A DNA stretch of 55,296 nt from Gammaproteobacteria bacterium (GTDB taxonomy: Bacteria > Pseudomonadota > Gammaproteobacteria > Magnimaribacterales > D2472): positions 1 through 55,296 of the forward strand of contig JALRBL010000016.1 in NCBI GenBank assembly GCA_023257795.1, in the 5' to 3' direction. The notes below the pieces were generated by a model. The model was not told the DNA's origin and did not search any database. It saw only the letters and a program-made list of their open reading frames with translations. Within the stretch, counting starts at the first letter, position 1, and each line of letters opens with the position of its first letter. Both the position numbers and the translations under genes were made by a program. Shown piece after piece: positions 1-10,096 of the stretch.

Positions 1-722
1 AAGGCAAATAAATTTAAGCTAGTGGTAAACGAATAATCCAATAAGCTAACTGAAACAAAGCCTTCACTGATTGCCTTGTGATCACTATCATCCGATGCAT
101 CTGAGGAAATGCTAGATGGTCCTATTTGGAAGATTGGATTCTCAATAGATGGATCCACTACATCGGGAAATGAAGTGGGTCTTAATTTATTTAATACTGT
201 AATCTTTGTTCCCTTATATTGATTTTCAGTAATATCAGGAAAGTTAATATTAATTAGTAAATTTGGGTCAATTTCTAAAGACCTTATTCTTTGAACTAAG
301 TTGCTACTCAGTTTAGCAATAAAACTTAGCTCTTTTGGTTCATATGCTGCAACTGAAATTGCAACAGGAGGAAATTCTAGACCTCTTCCAGCTAAGGCTG
401 CTCCTACCGTACCAGAATACAGAACATCGTTTCCCAAATTTGCTCCCAAATTTATTCCTGAAACAACTTGAGAAATCTCACCAGCAAAAAGAGAGGTCAA
501 ACCAAGATAGCTACAATCAGCAGGTGTGCCATTTACAATAAAATTAGAATGAGTAATTTTTTCAACATGGATATCTTTTCGTAAAGTGATAGACGCGCTC
601 AAGCCACTGCAATTAGCTTTTGGTGCAATAACTTTAACCTTACTAAAACTCATTAGACTTTGGTTAAGCTCCTGAATGCCTTTTGCAAAATAACCATCAT
701 CATTTGTCAGTAAAATTGCCAT
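1..722 (-). CDS. surE: 5'/3'-nucleotidase SurE (3' end runs off the window)
   Basis: Absent from the ORF track because no stop lies in the window. The minus-strand ATG at 722 overlaps the ispDF stop (TGATG). My translation is MAILLTNDDGYFAKGIQEL...SGINLGANLGNDVLYSGTVGAA, which carries the SurE NDDG and YSGTV motifs. It sits downstream of ispF as in E. coli. Confidence 0.85.
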   Translation of the reverse strand, partial: MAILLTNDDGYFAKGIQELNQSLMSFSKVKVIAPKANCSGLSASITLRKDIHVEKITHSNFIVNGTPADCSYLGLTSLFAGEISQVVSGINLGANLGNDVLYSGTVGAALAGRGLEFPPVAISVAAYEPKELSFIAKLSSNLVQRIRSLEIDPNLLININFPDITENQYKGTKITVLNKLRPTSFPDVVDPSIENPIFQIGPSSISSDASDDSDHKAISEGFVSVSLLDYSFTTSLNLFA

Positions 723-1852
723 CAGCTTGAGATTGAAACCACAGAAAAAACAGCTATACCTTTATCGTGCCCTATGCCTCCAAGGCCTTCTGTAGTTGTT
801 GATTTTATTGCAATATTCTCTGTTGATAAATTACAAAGATTAGATAAAGAATTGGTAATCTCATCTACATAAGGACTAATCTTCGGTATACCGCATACTA
901 CGGTAATATCAATGTGATTAAGTTTAAAATTTTTAGCATGCAAAAGCTCAAGCGCTTTTTTAAGGATTAACTTACTATCTAGATCTTTGTTCATTGGATC
1001 TGAGTCAGGAAAATAAAAGCCTATGTCTTTGAGACCTGCAGAGCCTAATACAGCATCTGCAAGGGAGTGAAGTAAGACATCTCCATCGGAATGAGAAACG
1101 ATTGAAACATGACTCTTAAGCTTGACTCCTCCTAAATAGAAACCATTTCCCTCTTCATAAAGATGATAATCAATTCCCCTGCCATACCTATGGTCCAGAA
1201 TTGGTAATAAATATAGGTCACTTGGGTAAGTAATTTTTTTATTTGAAATCTCTCCTTGAAAGAATTTAATCTTGTATCCAAAGTATTCAAGCAGCTGAGA
1301 TTCATCCGTAAAGCTCAGTCCATCAATTTTACTTTTTGAGAAGGCATCACTTATAGAAGTCCTTCTAAATATCTGGGGTGTTTGTACAGCATAATACTTT
1401 TCTCTATCCACCGCTTTCATATCATCTCCATGACGCATGCTATCAATAATTGAAATTACGGGGACTGCTCCATCAAAATTATCAAGAAATTGGATCTGAT
1501 TCATAATTAATTCAATTGAGAAAAAAGGACGAACTGCATCATGAACAATCACATACTCAATTTCATTACTAACATTAGCAAGACAATTGCTGACAGAATG
1601 ATGCCTTGTTAGGCCGCCCTGAGCAACGCTAACCTTATTATGATTTTCAAATCGCATCTCTTTGTATAAGGAATCGCTTTCTGAAATTGCTAGAATAATT
1701 TGAGAGACGCTTGGATGGGATGCAAATGAATTGACGGTTTGCTCTAAAACAGTGCTTCCTCCAAGTGAAGCATATTGCTTGGGAACAATTGAGTCAAAGC
1801 GGGCACCTATTCCTGCGGCAGGAATCAGAACAGCGATATTATTTTGGTTCAT
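722..1852 (-). CDS. ispDF: Bifunctional IspD/IspF (CDP-ME synthase fused to MEcPP synthase)
   Basis: 376 aa. The N-terminus (AVLIPAAGIGARF...PKQY) is IspD-like. The C-terminal ~155 aa (GIDYHLY...SHSDGDVLLHSLADAVLGSAGLKDIG..FPDSDP...TTTEGLG) is IspF-like. It is one uninterrupted frame. Confidence 0.9.
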   Translation of the reverse strand: MNQNNIAVLIPAAGIGARFDSIVPKQYASLGGSTVLEQTVNSFASHPSVSQIILAISESDSLYKEMRFENHNKVSVAQGGLTRHHSVSNCLANVSNEIEYVIVHDAVRPFFSIELIMNQIQFLDNFDGAVPVISIIDSMRHGDDMKAVDREKYYAVQTPQIFRRTSISDAFSKSKIDGLSFTDESQLLEYFGYKIKFFQGEISNKKITYPSDLYLLPILDHRYGRGIDYHLYEEGNGFYLGGVKLKSHVSIVSHSDGDVLLHSLADAVLGSAGLKDIGFYFPDSDPMNKDLDSKLILKKALELLHAKNFKLNHIDITVVCGIPKISPYVDEITNSLSNLCNLSTENIAIKSTTTEGLGGIGHDKGIAVFSVVSISS

Positions 1853-2147
1853 TGGACTGTAATTCCTTGCTTGGAATAAATTCTTCGTTTTGTTTAATTA
1901 AGCCAAGCTTGCTTCTTGCAAAAGCCTCAACATAGATATCAGAATTTTGCATTTCTCTAATTTGGTCTTCTAATTCTTTGTTTTGCATCATGCGATCATT
2001 GAGTGAAAGCTCTAAATCTGCTTGTTCAATCCTAAGCTCGCTATTAAGTTTTTTTCCTTCACTTCCTATAAATAGTGCCCAGAAGAGGCCAATAAAAATT
2101 AATGAAGATATAAAAAAATAAAATCTAGTCCAAATTAAATTTTGCAT
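1839..2147 (-). CDS. ftsB: Cell division protein FtsB
   Basis: 102 aa with an N-terminal TM helix and a coiled-coil (DivIC/FtsB-like, ...YVEAFARSKLGLIK). It lies between eno and ispD as in E. coli and Pseudomonas. Confidence 0.8.
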   Translation of the reverse strand: MQNLIWTRFYFFISSLIFIGLFWALFIGSEGKKLNSELRIEQADLELSLNDRMMQNKELEDQIREMQNSDIYVEAFARSKLGLIKQNEEFIPSKELQSNEPK

Positions 2148-3414
2148 ATTTTATTTCAGGAAAATCATGTTCAATCCAAAGGAGTCTGTTGTACTTTGAA
2201 TTCCTATCAGATCTGCAGGGAGCTCCTGTCTTAATTTGACCAACGCCCAACCCAACTGCCAAATCTGCAATTGAACTATCCTCAGTTTCACCAGAGCGGT
2301 GCGACATTATTGCTGAAAATTTATTCTGATTTGCTAGAGCTATTGTGTCCAAAGTTTCACTTATAGTTCCAATCTGATTTATTTTTACAAGAATAGAATT
2401 CGCAATATTATCGTCTATTCCTTTTTGTAATTCTTTTACATTAGTCACAAAAAGGTCGTCTCCAACTAAATTGCATTTTGATCCCATCAAATGAGTTAAG
2501 AATTTCCAGCCCTCACGATCATTTTCATCCATTCCATCTTCTATTGAGACAATAGGATAACCTTGATATAAATCATTAAGATAATCTGCAAATTCATGAG
2601 AGGTTAAAGATAAATTATCTCCCTTTAATAAGTACTTTCCGTCTTTAAAAAATTCTGATGCAGCGCAATCAAGGCTTAAAGCTATTTCTTCACCAAACTT
2701 ATATCCGGCAACAGCCACCGATTTTTCAATAAGCTCCAATGCTTCTTTATTTGAGCGAAGATTTGGTGCAAAACCACCCTCATCTCCAACTGCAGTAGAT
2801 AGGCCAAGCTGACTCAATTGCAATTTTAAAGCTTGATAAATTTCGCTGCACCACATTACTCCCTCAGAAAATGATGCGGCTCCGATTGGCATAATCATAA
2901 ATTCTTGGATATCAATATTGTTATTTGCATGCTCTCCACCGTTTATGATATTCATCATTGGAATTGGTAAGCTCATTTTTAAGGCATCGCCAAATCTTAA
3001 TTTGTAAAGTGAATTTAAATATTGAAAAAGTTCTACCTTTTGCTCAATAGCTGCAGCTTTAATAGTGCATAGTGAGATAGCAAGAATTGCATTCGCACCA
3101 AGATTCGCTTTATTGGAGGTTCCATCTAGTTTCTGCATAATAGAATCAATTTCATGTTGATTAAAGATATCCCTTCCAATGAGCGCCTTTGAAATTATTG
3201 AGTTGATATTATCTACTGCTTTTAAAACACTTTTACCATTAAATGCTCTTTGCTTATCTCTAAGCTCTATTGCCTCCCTGCTTCCTGTGGAAGCGCCACT
3301 AGGAACCATAGAGTAAGCTAATGCACTCGATCCAAGAGTAACTCTTGCTGAAATCGTTGGCATACCCCTAGAATCTAGAATTTGAATAGCATCAATTTTA
3401 GAAATTTCTGCCAC
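2125..3414 (-). CDS. eno: Enolase
   Basis: 429 aa with full-length enolase similarity (SHRSGETEDSSIADLAV motif). Confidence 0.97.
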   Translation of the reverse strand: MAEISKIDAIQILDSRGMPTISARVTLGSSALAYSMVPSGASTGSREAIELRDKQRAFNGKSVLKAVDNINSIISKALIGRDIFNQHEIDSIMQKLDGTSNKANLGANAILAISLCTIKAAAIEQKVELFQYLNSLYKLRFGDALKMSLPIPMMNIINGGEHANNNIDIQEFMIMPIGAASFSEGVMWCSEIYQALKLQLSQLGLSTAVGDEGGFAPNLRSNKEALELIEKSVAVAGYKFGEEIALSLDCAASEFFKDGKYLLKGDNLSLTSHEFADYLNDLYQGYPIVSIEDGMDENDREGWKFLTHLMGSKCNLVGDDLFVTNVKELQKGIDDNIANSILVKINQIGTISETLDTIALANQNKFSAIMSHRSGETEDSSIADLAVGLGVGQIKTGAPCRSDRNSKYNRLLWIEHDFPEIKYAKFNLD

Positions 3415-3415
3415 T

Positions 3416-4240
3416 TTATGACTGGCTCTTAATTAAGTCATCAAGAGCTTTTAGTTCTTTTAATGCAACTGAAAGTTGATCGAGAGGAGTGGCACACGGA
3501 CCGTCGCATTTAGCTTCATCAGGATTTGGGTGAGTTTCTAGAAAGATCCCAGCAATCTTTTGAGCAACTCCAGACTTTGCCAAAGGTAACATTAACTCCC
3601 TTCTACCACCAGCTGCAAAACCAAGTCCGCCAGGTAGTTGTAATGAGTGAGTAACATCAAAGATGACCGGTAAATTTAGGCTTTTCATGATCTGAAAATT
3701 CAACATATCTACTACCAAGTTATTGTAACCAAATGTATTTCCTCTCTCGCAGAGCATATTTTGACTATTTCCTGCAGCAATAGACTTGTTAACAACATTC
3801 TGCATCTCATGCGCTGCAAGAAATTGAGGTTTCTTAAATTGAATAATTCTTTGAGTCTCAGCTGCTGCGGTAACTAAATCAGTCTGGCGACATAAAAAAG
3901 CTGGAATCTGAATAATATCGCAAACCTCAGCGGTAGCAATTGCCTGAGATGGCTCATGGATATCTGTAATAACTGGTACTTCAAATGTCTTCTTAATTTT
4001 ACTTAGAATTTCTAATCCTTTGTCTAAACCGGGTCCCCTGTACGAATTAAGTGAACTTCTATTGGCTTTGTCAAATGATCCTTTAAATACCCATGGCATC
4101 CCCAACTTATCCGTCTGAATCTTAAACTCTTCAGCAACTTGCATTGCTAAATCCTCAGATTCCAATACATTTACACCTCCAATAATACATAGAGGATCAT
4201 CATTGCTAATTCTAAAATCAGCTAAATTGATAGAATTCAT
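3416..4240 (-). CDS. kdsA: 3-deoxy-8-phosphooctulonate synthase (KDO8P synthase)
   Basis: 274 aa KdsA-like ([21 protein letters not shown]). Sits in the pyrG-kdsA-eno context. Confidence 0.93.
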   Translation of the reverse strand: MNSINLADFRISNDDPLCIIGGVNVLESEDLAMQVAEEFKIQTDKLGMPWVFKGSFDKANRSSLNSYRGPGLDKGLEILSKIKKTFEVPVITDIHEPSQAIATAEVCDIIQIPAFLCRQTDLVTAAAETQRIIQFKKPQFLAAHEMQNVVNKSIAAGNSQNMLCERGNTFGYNNLVVDMLNFQIMKSLNLPVIFDVTHSLQLPGGLGFAAGGRRELMLPLAKSGVAQKIAGIFLETHPNPDEAKCDGPCATPLDQLSVALKELKALDDLIKSQS

Positions 4241-5871
4241 TTTTTAAGCTTAATTGATTTTTTGATAAAGTCATTAAATAAAGGGTGGCCATCTCTTGGA
4301 TTGGAAGTAAATTCAGGATGAAATTGACATGCTACAAACCATGGGTGTTTTGGGATTTCTATCATTTCAACCAGCTTCCCGTCAACAGATCTTCCGACAA
4401 TACTTAAACCCTTATCCAAAAAAGCATTATGGAAATCTGGATTTACTTCGTATCTGTGCCTGTGACGTTCTATTATTCTTTCATTTTTGTAAAGCTTATA
4501 TGATAAAGATTTTTTATTTAACCTACATTCCTGCCCTCCCAAGCGCATAGTTCCTCCTAAATCTGAATTTTTAGAACGAGTTTCTTTTCTTCCAGAAGCA
4601 TCCTTCCACTCAGTTACCATAGCGATAACTGGATGTTTGGTCTTGATGTCAAACTCAGTGCTATTAGCCCTATCAAGCTTCAGAATATTTCTTGCATATT
4701 CAATAATAGCAATCTGCATTCCTAAACATATTCCAAAATAGGGAATATTTCTCTCTCTTGCATATTTACAAGCAATAATCATGCCCTCAATACCTCTTTC
4801 GCCAAAGCCCCCAGGTATTAAAATACCATCAGAGCCTCCAAGAAGCGTGTCGACTGATTTGCTTGTTACCTTAGAAGCATCAATAAATTTAATATCTACT
4901 GCAGAATTATTCATTATCCCCGCATGATCAAGAGCTTCATTGAGAGACTTATAGGAATCATGCAAATCAACATATTTTCCTACCACAGATATTTTTACAT
5001 TGGATTTTGGATTGAGCTTTGCAGAGACAACTTTTTTCCAGTCATCGAGTTGAGGTCTTCTTTTTTTTGATAATCCAAGTTTATCAAGCAATATACCGTC
5101 CACACCTTGATTATGGAGCAGCAATGGAATGCTATAGACAGTCTTAACATCATGCATTGAGATAACATTTCTTGGATTTACTGAGCAAAAAAGTGCAATT
5201 TTTTTCTTTTCTTCATTTGGAATTTCTTCTTCAAGCCTGCAAATCAAGCAATCTGGTTGTAATCCAAGTGATCTTAATTCTTTAACGGAGTGCTGGGTAG
5301 GTTTGGTTTTTAACTCCCCCGATACTTTAAGAAATGGCACCAATGTAAGATGAGCTATAGCAGTAGAATTGGTTGGTAGCTCGAGTGTCATCTGACGAAT
5401 CGCTTCAATGAAGGGTTGACTTTCTATATCACCAACTGTTCCTCCAATCTCAACAATTGCAATATCAGAATTCTTAGCACCATCCTTGATTCTTCTTTTT
5501 ATCTCGTCAGTAATGTGAGGAATAACTTGAACAGTGCCGCCTAGGTATTTACCTTGCCTTTCGTTTTTAATTACCTGATCGTAGACTTTTCCAGCAGTAA
5601 AATTATTTTTAGAGGAGGCTTCAAATCTGACAAATCTCTCGTAGTGCCCTAAGTCAAGATCAGTTTCAGTACCATCATTTGTAACAAAAACTTCGCCGTG
5701 CTGAAATGGACTCATAGTGCCAGGATCTACATTAATGTAGGGATCAACTTTAATTAAAGTGACTTTGAAACCTCTCGATTCTAAGAGAGTGCCAATAGAA
5801 GCTGCAGCAATACCCTTCCCAAGAGAAGAAACTACTCCACCAGTAACAAAAACGAATTTTTTTTGAGCCAT
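4237..5871 (-). CDS. pyrG: CTP synthase
   Basis: 544 aa. N-terminal [13 protein letters not shown] and the glutaminase GICLGMQ motif are present. Confidence 0.97.
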   Translation of the reverse strand: MAQKKFVFVTGGVVSSLGKGIAAASIGTLLESRGFKVTLIKVDPYINVDPGTMSPFQHGEVFVTNDGTETDLDLGHYERFVRFEASSKNNFTAGKVYDQVIKNERQGKYLGGTVQVIPHITDEIKRRIKDGAKNSDIAIVEIGGTVGDIESQPFIEAIRQMTLELPTNSTAIAHLTLVPFLKVSGELKTKPTQHSVKELRSLGLQPDCLICRLEEEIPNEEKKKIALFCSVNPRNVISMHDVKTVYSIPLLLHNQGVDGILLDKLGLSKKRRPQLDDWKKVVSAKLNPKSNVKISVVGKYVDLHDSYKSLNEALDHAGIMNNSAVDIKFIDASKVTSKSVDTLLGGSDGILIPGGFGERGIEGMIIACKYARERNIPYFGICLGMQIAIIEYARNILKLDRANSTEFDIKTKHPVIAMVTEWKDASGRKETRSKNSDLGGTMRLGGQECRLNKKSLSYKLYKNERIIERHRHRYEVNPDFHNAFLDKGLSIVGRSVDGKLVEMIEIPKHPWFVACQFHPEFTSNPRDGHPLFNDFIKKSIKLKK

Positions 5872-5934
5872 CTTTATAGTCTAGATGGGAAAAAAGAATA
5901 ACAGATTATGCCGTTAATAAAAACAAATATTATT

Positions 5935-7008
5935 TTAGTCTGCAAAAAGAGGTCTAGATAAATCAGCCCAATCAATATCTCCATCTGAGGGGCTATCTTT
6001 AAAATGCAAAATACCTAATTCATCAAATTTTTCTTTCACCGTATCTGTTAGTAACCCTATCCTTGCAAGATTTGGCATCACTCTTTGGAAAAGCAATTTT
6101 TGAAAAGTCTTGAATATTTCTGATTCCATCTGAAATGCCCGTGCCTCTTGAACATCCCAACCAAAATATTCATAAACATCTATTGATAACATCCTTTCTT
6201 TGCTCAAATAACATGCCTCATAAGCAAATTGAGCCCTCTCTTCTTTTTCATCTTGAGAAAGTGTCTGAACAAATTCTTCCAAGTAATTAACGCCAAAAGT
6301 AACATGCCTTGCTTCATCTCTAATAATTAGGCCAAGCATATCGTATAGCACAGGATCTCTAGCTAAATTCCTAGATGATTGAAACGCTGCTAAAGCTAAA
6401 CCCTCTATAATTAATTGCATACCAATAAACTTAAGATCCCATCTATGATCAGTCAGAATCTTGTCTAGAATCGATTTAAGTGCATTACCAATGGGATACA
6501 TGAACCCTATCCTTGTTTGAATATACTTATTAAATGCCTCTACATGCCTGGCTTCATCAAAGGTTTGAGATGAGGCATATAATTTTGATTGATAGGTTGG
6601 AGCACATGTAGTCAACTGTGAGGCAACCAACAATGCACCCTGCTCTCCGTGTAAAAATTGACTCATGCTCCAACAATTTCTATGTCTCAGAAATTCAATT
6701 TTCTTATCATCTGACATTTTTTGATAGGATGGAAAATCATCCCAAAATATAGGTACAGGCTCGGTGAATGGCTCTAATGGTCTATCCCAATTCACATCAA
6801 GCTCAGAATTCCAATTAAGCTCTTTACCTAATTCATAAAGTTTCTTAATTCTGTTGTCTTGATCAGTGTAATCCCAGTTATAAGAACCAATTAATGGAGT
6901 ATTAAAAATCTCAGCTATGTCTTTAACATGATTCTTGTTTAGATAAGGTTCAATGTCATCATGAAAACGAATGTTTCTAGGCGCTTCTTTTAATTTAATA
7001 ACTTCCAT
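5935..7008 (-). CDS. Ferritin-like diiron-carboxylate protein, AurF-like diiron oxygenase family (function unknown)
   Basis: 357 aa. Two DEARH (ExxH) motifs (DEARHVEAF, RDEARHVTFG), each preceded by a helix bearing a Glu (FLHGEQGAL, IIEGLALAAF), give the classic four-helix diiron ligand pattern. Confidence 0.6.
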   Translation of the reverse strand: MEVIKLKEAPRNIRFHDDIEPYLNKNHVKDIAEIFNTPLIGSYNWDYTDQDNRIKKLYELGKELNWNSELDVNWDRPLEPFTEPVPIFWDDFPSYQKMSDDKKIEFLRHRNCWSMSQFLHGEQGALLVASQLTTCAPTYQSKLYASSQTFDEARHVEAFNKYIQTRIGFMYPIGNALKSILDKILTDHRWDLKFIGMQLIIEGLALAAFQSSRNLARDPVLYDMLGLIIRDEARHVTFGVNYLEEFVQTLSQDEKEERAQFAYEACYLSKERMLSIDVYEYFGWDVQEARAFQMESEIFKTFQKLLFQRVMPNLARIGLLTDTVKEKFDELGILHFKDSPSDGDIDWADLSRPLFAD

Positions 7009-7009
7009 A

Positions 7010-8047
7010 TTAATTTTTCTTAACTACTCTACTCGTTACTTTAGTCATTAGCTCATAAGAGATCAAATTATTGTAACTAGATATCGAACTAATGCTATTC
7101 TCGGATGACCAGAGTTCAGCCCAATCTCCTTCTTTGATGCCACTTCGATCGGTGATGTCAACTGTTAGCAGATCCATGGACACCCTTCCTAGGATAGAAC
7201 ATTCTTTAGAATTTATCAGAACCCTTGTCCCGTCTATTGCAGTTTGGGGATAACCATCAGCATAGCCACAGTAAATGACTGCAATTGTTTTGTTCTCGGT
7301 AGCAGTATATCTTCCTCCATAGCCAATCCTTTGGCCTCTTTTTAATGTTTTAATAGCTATAATTTTGCTTCTCAAAGTCATTGCGGTCCTAAGATATTTA
7401 TTTGGCAATCCCCCATACATACCAATACCACACCTTACCCAATCAAAACCATACTCTGGGAAATGCAATATCCCCGCAGAGTTAAGAATGCTCTTTTTAG
7501 TCTTATCAAAGCATCTGGATAACTCGTTAAATAAAGCAAACTGCTGTTGATTCATTTGCTCTTGAGGGATGTCGGCACAAGCAAGGTGACTCATTAAGCA
7601 GTTCTTTTCTAAATTAAAATAGTTAAGACCAGTTTGGTCTGAAATATCAAAACCAAGTCTATTCATTCCAGTATTAAACTTTAACCACAATGATAGAGAA
7701 GAATTGAATTTTTTTGCTAGCTCTAGTTGAGAGGAATGATGAACAGTAAGAAAAAAATTGTTATTGGCAGCAATTTGAAATCCTTCCTCGCTGTACAGTC
7801 CCTGCATTAATAAAACTGGCTTAGAGGATATCTTTCTAATACTAATAGCTTCCTCTAATCTAACAACGCCATATCCATCTACTAAAGCATCAAGCTCAAT
7901 GACAAATTTCTCTAGTGAATGGCCGTAAGCATTTGCTTTGATTATTGCCATAAAGGAAGTTAGAGGACTTAGAAGAGATTTTAAATAGCTAACATTTTCT
8001 TGAATAGTTTGGTAATTAATTAACAACTCGGCTTTGGGTTCTATCAT
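7010..8047 (-). CDS. alr: Alanine racemase
   Basis: 345 aa with the PLP-lysine motif AIIKANAYGHS. Sits directly downstream of dnaB as in Pseudomonas. Confidence 0.9.
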   Translation of the reverse strand: MIEPKAELLINYQTIQENVSYLKSLLSPLTSFMAIIKANAYGHSLEKFVIELDALVDGYGVVRLEEAISIRKISSKPVLLMQGLYSEEGFQIAANNNFFLTVHHSSQLELAKKFNSSLSLWLKFNTGMNRLGFDISDQTGLNYFNLEKNCLMSHLACADIPQEQMNQQQFALFNELSRCFDKTKKSILNSAGILHFPEYGFDWVRCGIGMYGGLPNKYLRTAMTLRSKIIAIKTLKRGQRIGYGGRYTATENKTIAVIYCGYADGYPQTAIDGTRVLINSKECSILGRVSMDLLTVDITDRSGIKEGDWAELWSSENSISSISSYNNLISYELMTKVTSRVVKKN

Positions 8048-9411
8048 TGATAGGGATCATAAAAGCTATCTACAGCAAAATTTTCAAAGCGGGTGAACTC
8101 CTTTAAGAATGTAAGATCAACTGTTCCTATGGGTCCGTTCCTTTGCTTGCCTATTATAATCTCGGCCTTGTTACCTTCCTCAGAATCTTCATTGTAGACC
8201 TCATCTCTGTAGATGAAAAAGATAACGTCAGCATCCTGTTCAATAGCACCTGAATCTCTCAAATCAGCCATCATTGGTCTCTTGTTTGGTCTTTGCTCCA
8301 CTGCACGATTAAGCTGTGATAAAGCAATAACAGGAACACTAAGCTCTTTAGCCAATGACTTAAGAGAGCGTGAAATTTCTGAAATTTGGTTCACTCTGCT
8401 TTCTGAAGAACCAGGAAGCTGCATAAGTTGCAAATAATCTACAATAATTAAAGCAAGCCCATCTTCACTTTGCCTATAAACTCTTCTTGCTCTTGCCCTT
8501 AATTCCATGGGGGACAGCATTGAACTATCATCTATTAATAATGGAAGGTCTCTTAATTCTGCTGATGATTCCATAAATTTTTGAAGCTGATCATTTGATA
8601 AACGAGCTGACCTAACGTCTTGTTGATCAATTTTTGCATGACTAGCTAACAATCTTGTGGTTAATGATTCGGCAGGCATCTCCAAGCTGAACACCAACAC
8701 TGATCCATGTACATCAGGATTTAATAGCATGTTTTCAGCAATATTCATAGCAAAGGAGGTTTTACCCATGCTGGGTCTTCCTGCAACCACGATAAGATCG
8801 CCTTTTTGAAGGCCTTGAGTCTTTTTATCAAGATCTTTGTAACCAGTTGAAGATCCCAGTAATTTTGAACCTTTCTTTGAAAGTTCATTCAGCCTATCCA
8901 TGGATGAACGGATAAGTTCTTTTAAAGGAAGAATTGATGAAGCGGTTCTGCTTGCCTCATCATTTAGCGAAAAAATTTTACTTTCTGCTTCATCAAGCAA
9001 GCCAGCAGCATCTTTTCCTTGAGGGTTTTTAATTAACTCTGCAATTTCTGAATTAATATGAAGCAACTTTCGAGAAATAGATTTTTGTCTTATAAGTTCA
9101 GCATATGCCTCCAAATTTGCCGCTGAAGGAGAGGATGCAGCTAATTCTATTAAATAATCTCGACCACCAGATCTTCCAAGAAGATTTTTGCTGTTAAGCC
9201 TTTCTGATACTGTTATTGGGTCTAGGGGTTTATTGGCATTAACCAATTCTCCCATTGATTCAAATATATGCTGATGGTCCCTTCCCTCAAAATCAGCATG
9301 TGAAATAATTAAACTAACGGAATCGTAACGCTCTGTTTCAAGCATCAGTCCGCCTAAAACGGCTTGTTCTAGATTTCTAGATTGATTGGATATCTCAGTT
9401 GATTCAGACAT
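8044..9411 (-). CDS. dnaB: Replicative DNA helicase DnaB
   Basis: 455 aa with Walker A GRPSMGKTSF and DnaB N- and C-terminal domain similarity. Confidence 0.96.
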   Translation of the reverse strand: MSESTEISNQSRNLEQAVLGGLMLETERYDSVSLIISHADFEGRDHQHIFESMGELVNANKPLDPITVSERLNSKNLLGRSGGRDYLIELAASSPSAANLEAYAELIRQKSISRKLLHINSEIAELIKNPQGKDAAGLLDEAESKIFSLNDEASRTASSILPLKELIRSSMDRLNELSKKGSKLLGSSTGYKDLDKKTQGLQKGDLIVVAGRPSMGKTSFAMNIAENMLLNPDVHGSVLVFSLEMPAESLTTRLLASHAKIDQQDVRSARLSNDQLQKFMESSAELRDLPLLIDDSSMLSPMELRARARRVYRQSEDGLALIIVDYLQLMQLPGSSESRVNQISEISRSLKSLAKELSVPVIALSQLNRAVEQRPNKRPMMADLRDSGAIEQDADVIFFIYRDEVYNEDSEEGNKAEIIIGKQRNGPIGTVDLTFLKEFTRFENFAVDSFYDPYQ

Positions 9412-9448
9412 AGGATACGATTTTCACACCATATCCAAAAGATGACAA

Positions 9449-9895
9449 CTATTCAGAGGCTACATTTACTGTTATTTCAACAGAAACTTCAGAATGCACT
9501 GAAAGAGTTACTGAAAACTCTCCGACTTGCTTAATAGCTCCGTCAGGTAACTGCACCCAGCTCTTTTCAACCTGGTAACCTGCATCTACTAATGCAGCAG
9601 CAATTTCTCTTGTTCCAATAGAGCCATACAAACTACCTTCATCGGTAACTGGTACCAAAATAGTCACTGCAGTGCCTGCCATTTTATCTGCAATAGCTTG
9701 AGCTTTGGTTACTTCATCAGCTGAAGCAGCAGCCAACTCTGCCTTTTTGCTTTCAACAAACTCTAAGTTAGACTTTGAAGCAAACATAGCTTTCTTCTGA
9801 GGAATTAGAAAGTTCCTAGCGTAACCAGATTTAACATCAACAACGTCACCAATTTCTCCAAGGTGAACCACTTTATCAAGTAATATAATTTTCAT
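9449..9895 (-). CDS. rplI: 50S ribosomal protein L9
   Basis: 148 aa, MKIILLDKVVHLGEIGDVVDVKSGYARNFLIPQ. Confidence 0.95.
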   Translation of the reverse strand: MKIILLDKVVHLGEIGDVVDVKSGYARNFLIPQKKAMFASKSNLEFVESKKAELAAASADEVTKAQAIADKMAGTAVTILVPVTDEGSLYGSIGTREIAAALVDAGYQVEKSWVQLPDGAIKQVGEFSVTLSVHSEVSVEITVNVASE

Positions 9896-9898
9896 AGG

Positions 9899-10093
9899 TT
9901 ATTTATGCTGGTCAGTATATGGGAGCAAAGCTAAAAACCTTGCTACCTTAATAGATTGAGTAATTTTCCTTTGTTGTGCAGCCGTCACACCTGAAACCCT
10001 TCCTGGAATAATCTTTCCTGTTTCAGTAATAAACTGTTTTAAAACATCTAAATTAGTGTGATTAAATTTTTTTGGTAACTTTACAGATTTCAT
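9899..10093 (-). CDS. rpsR: 30S ribosomal protein S18 (short N-terminus)
   Basis: Contains LKQFITETGKIIPGR...ARFLALLPYTDQH. The first codon in the ORF track is TTG at 10096. The ATG at 10093 follows an AAGAGGA Shine-Dalgarno located in the end of rpsF. Confidence 0.9.
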   Translation of the reverse strand: MKSVKLPKKFNHTNLDVLKQFITETGKIIPGRVSGVTAAQQRKITQSIKVARFLALLPYTDQHK

Positions 10094-10096
10094 CAA

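Noticed and set aside
335-541. 68-aa plus-strand ORF at the window start
   Set aside because: It is antisense to the surE reading frame, which translates cleanly with SurE motifs from 722 to the window edge.
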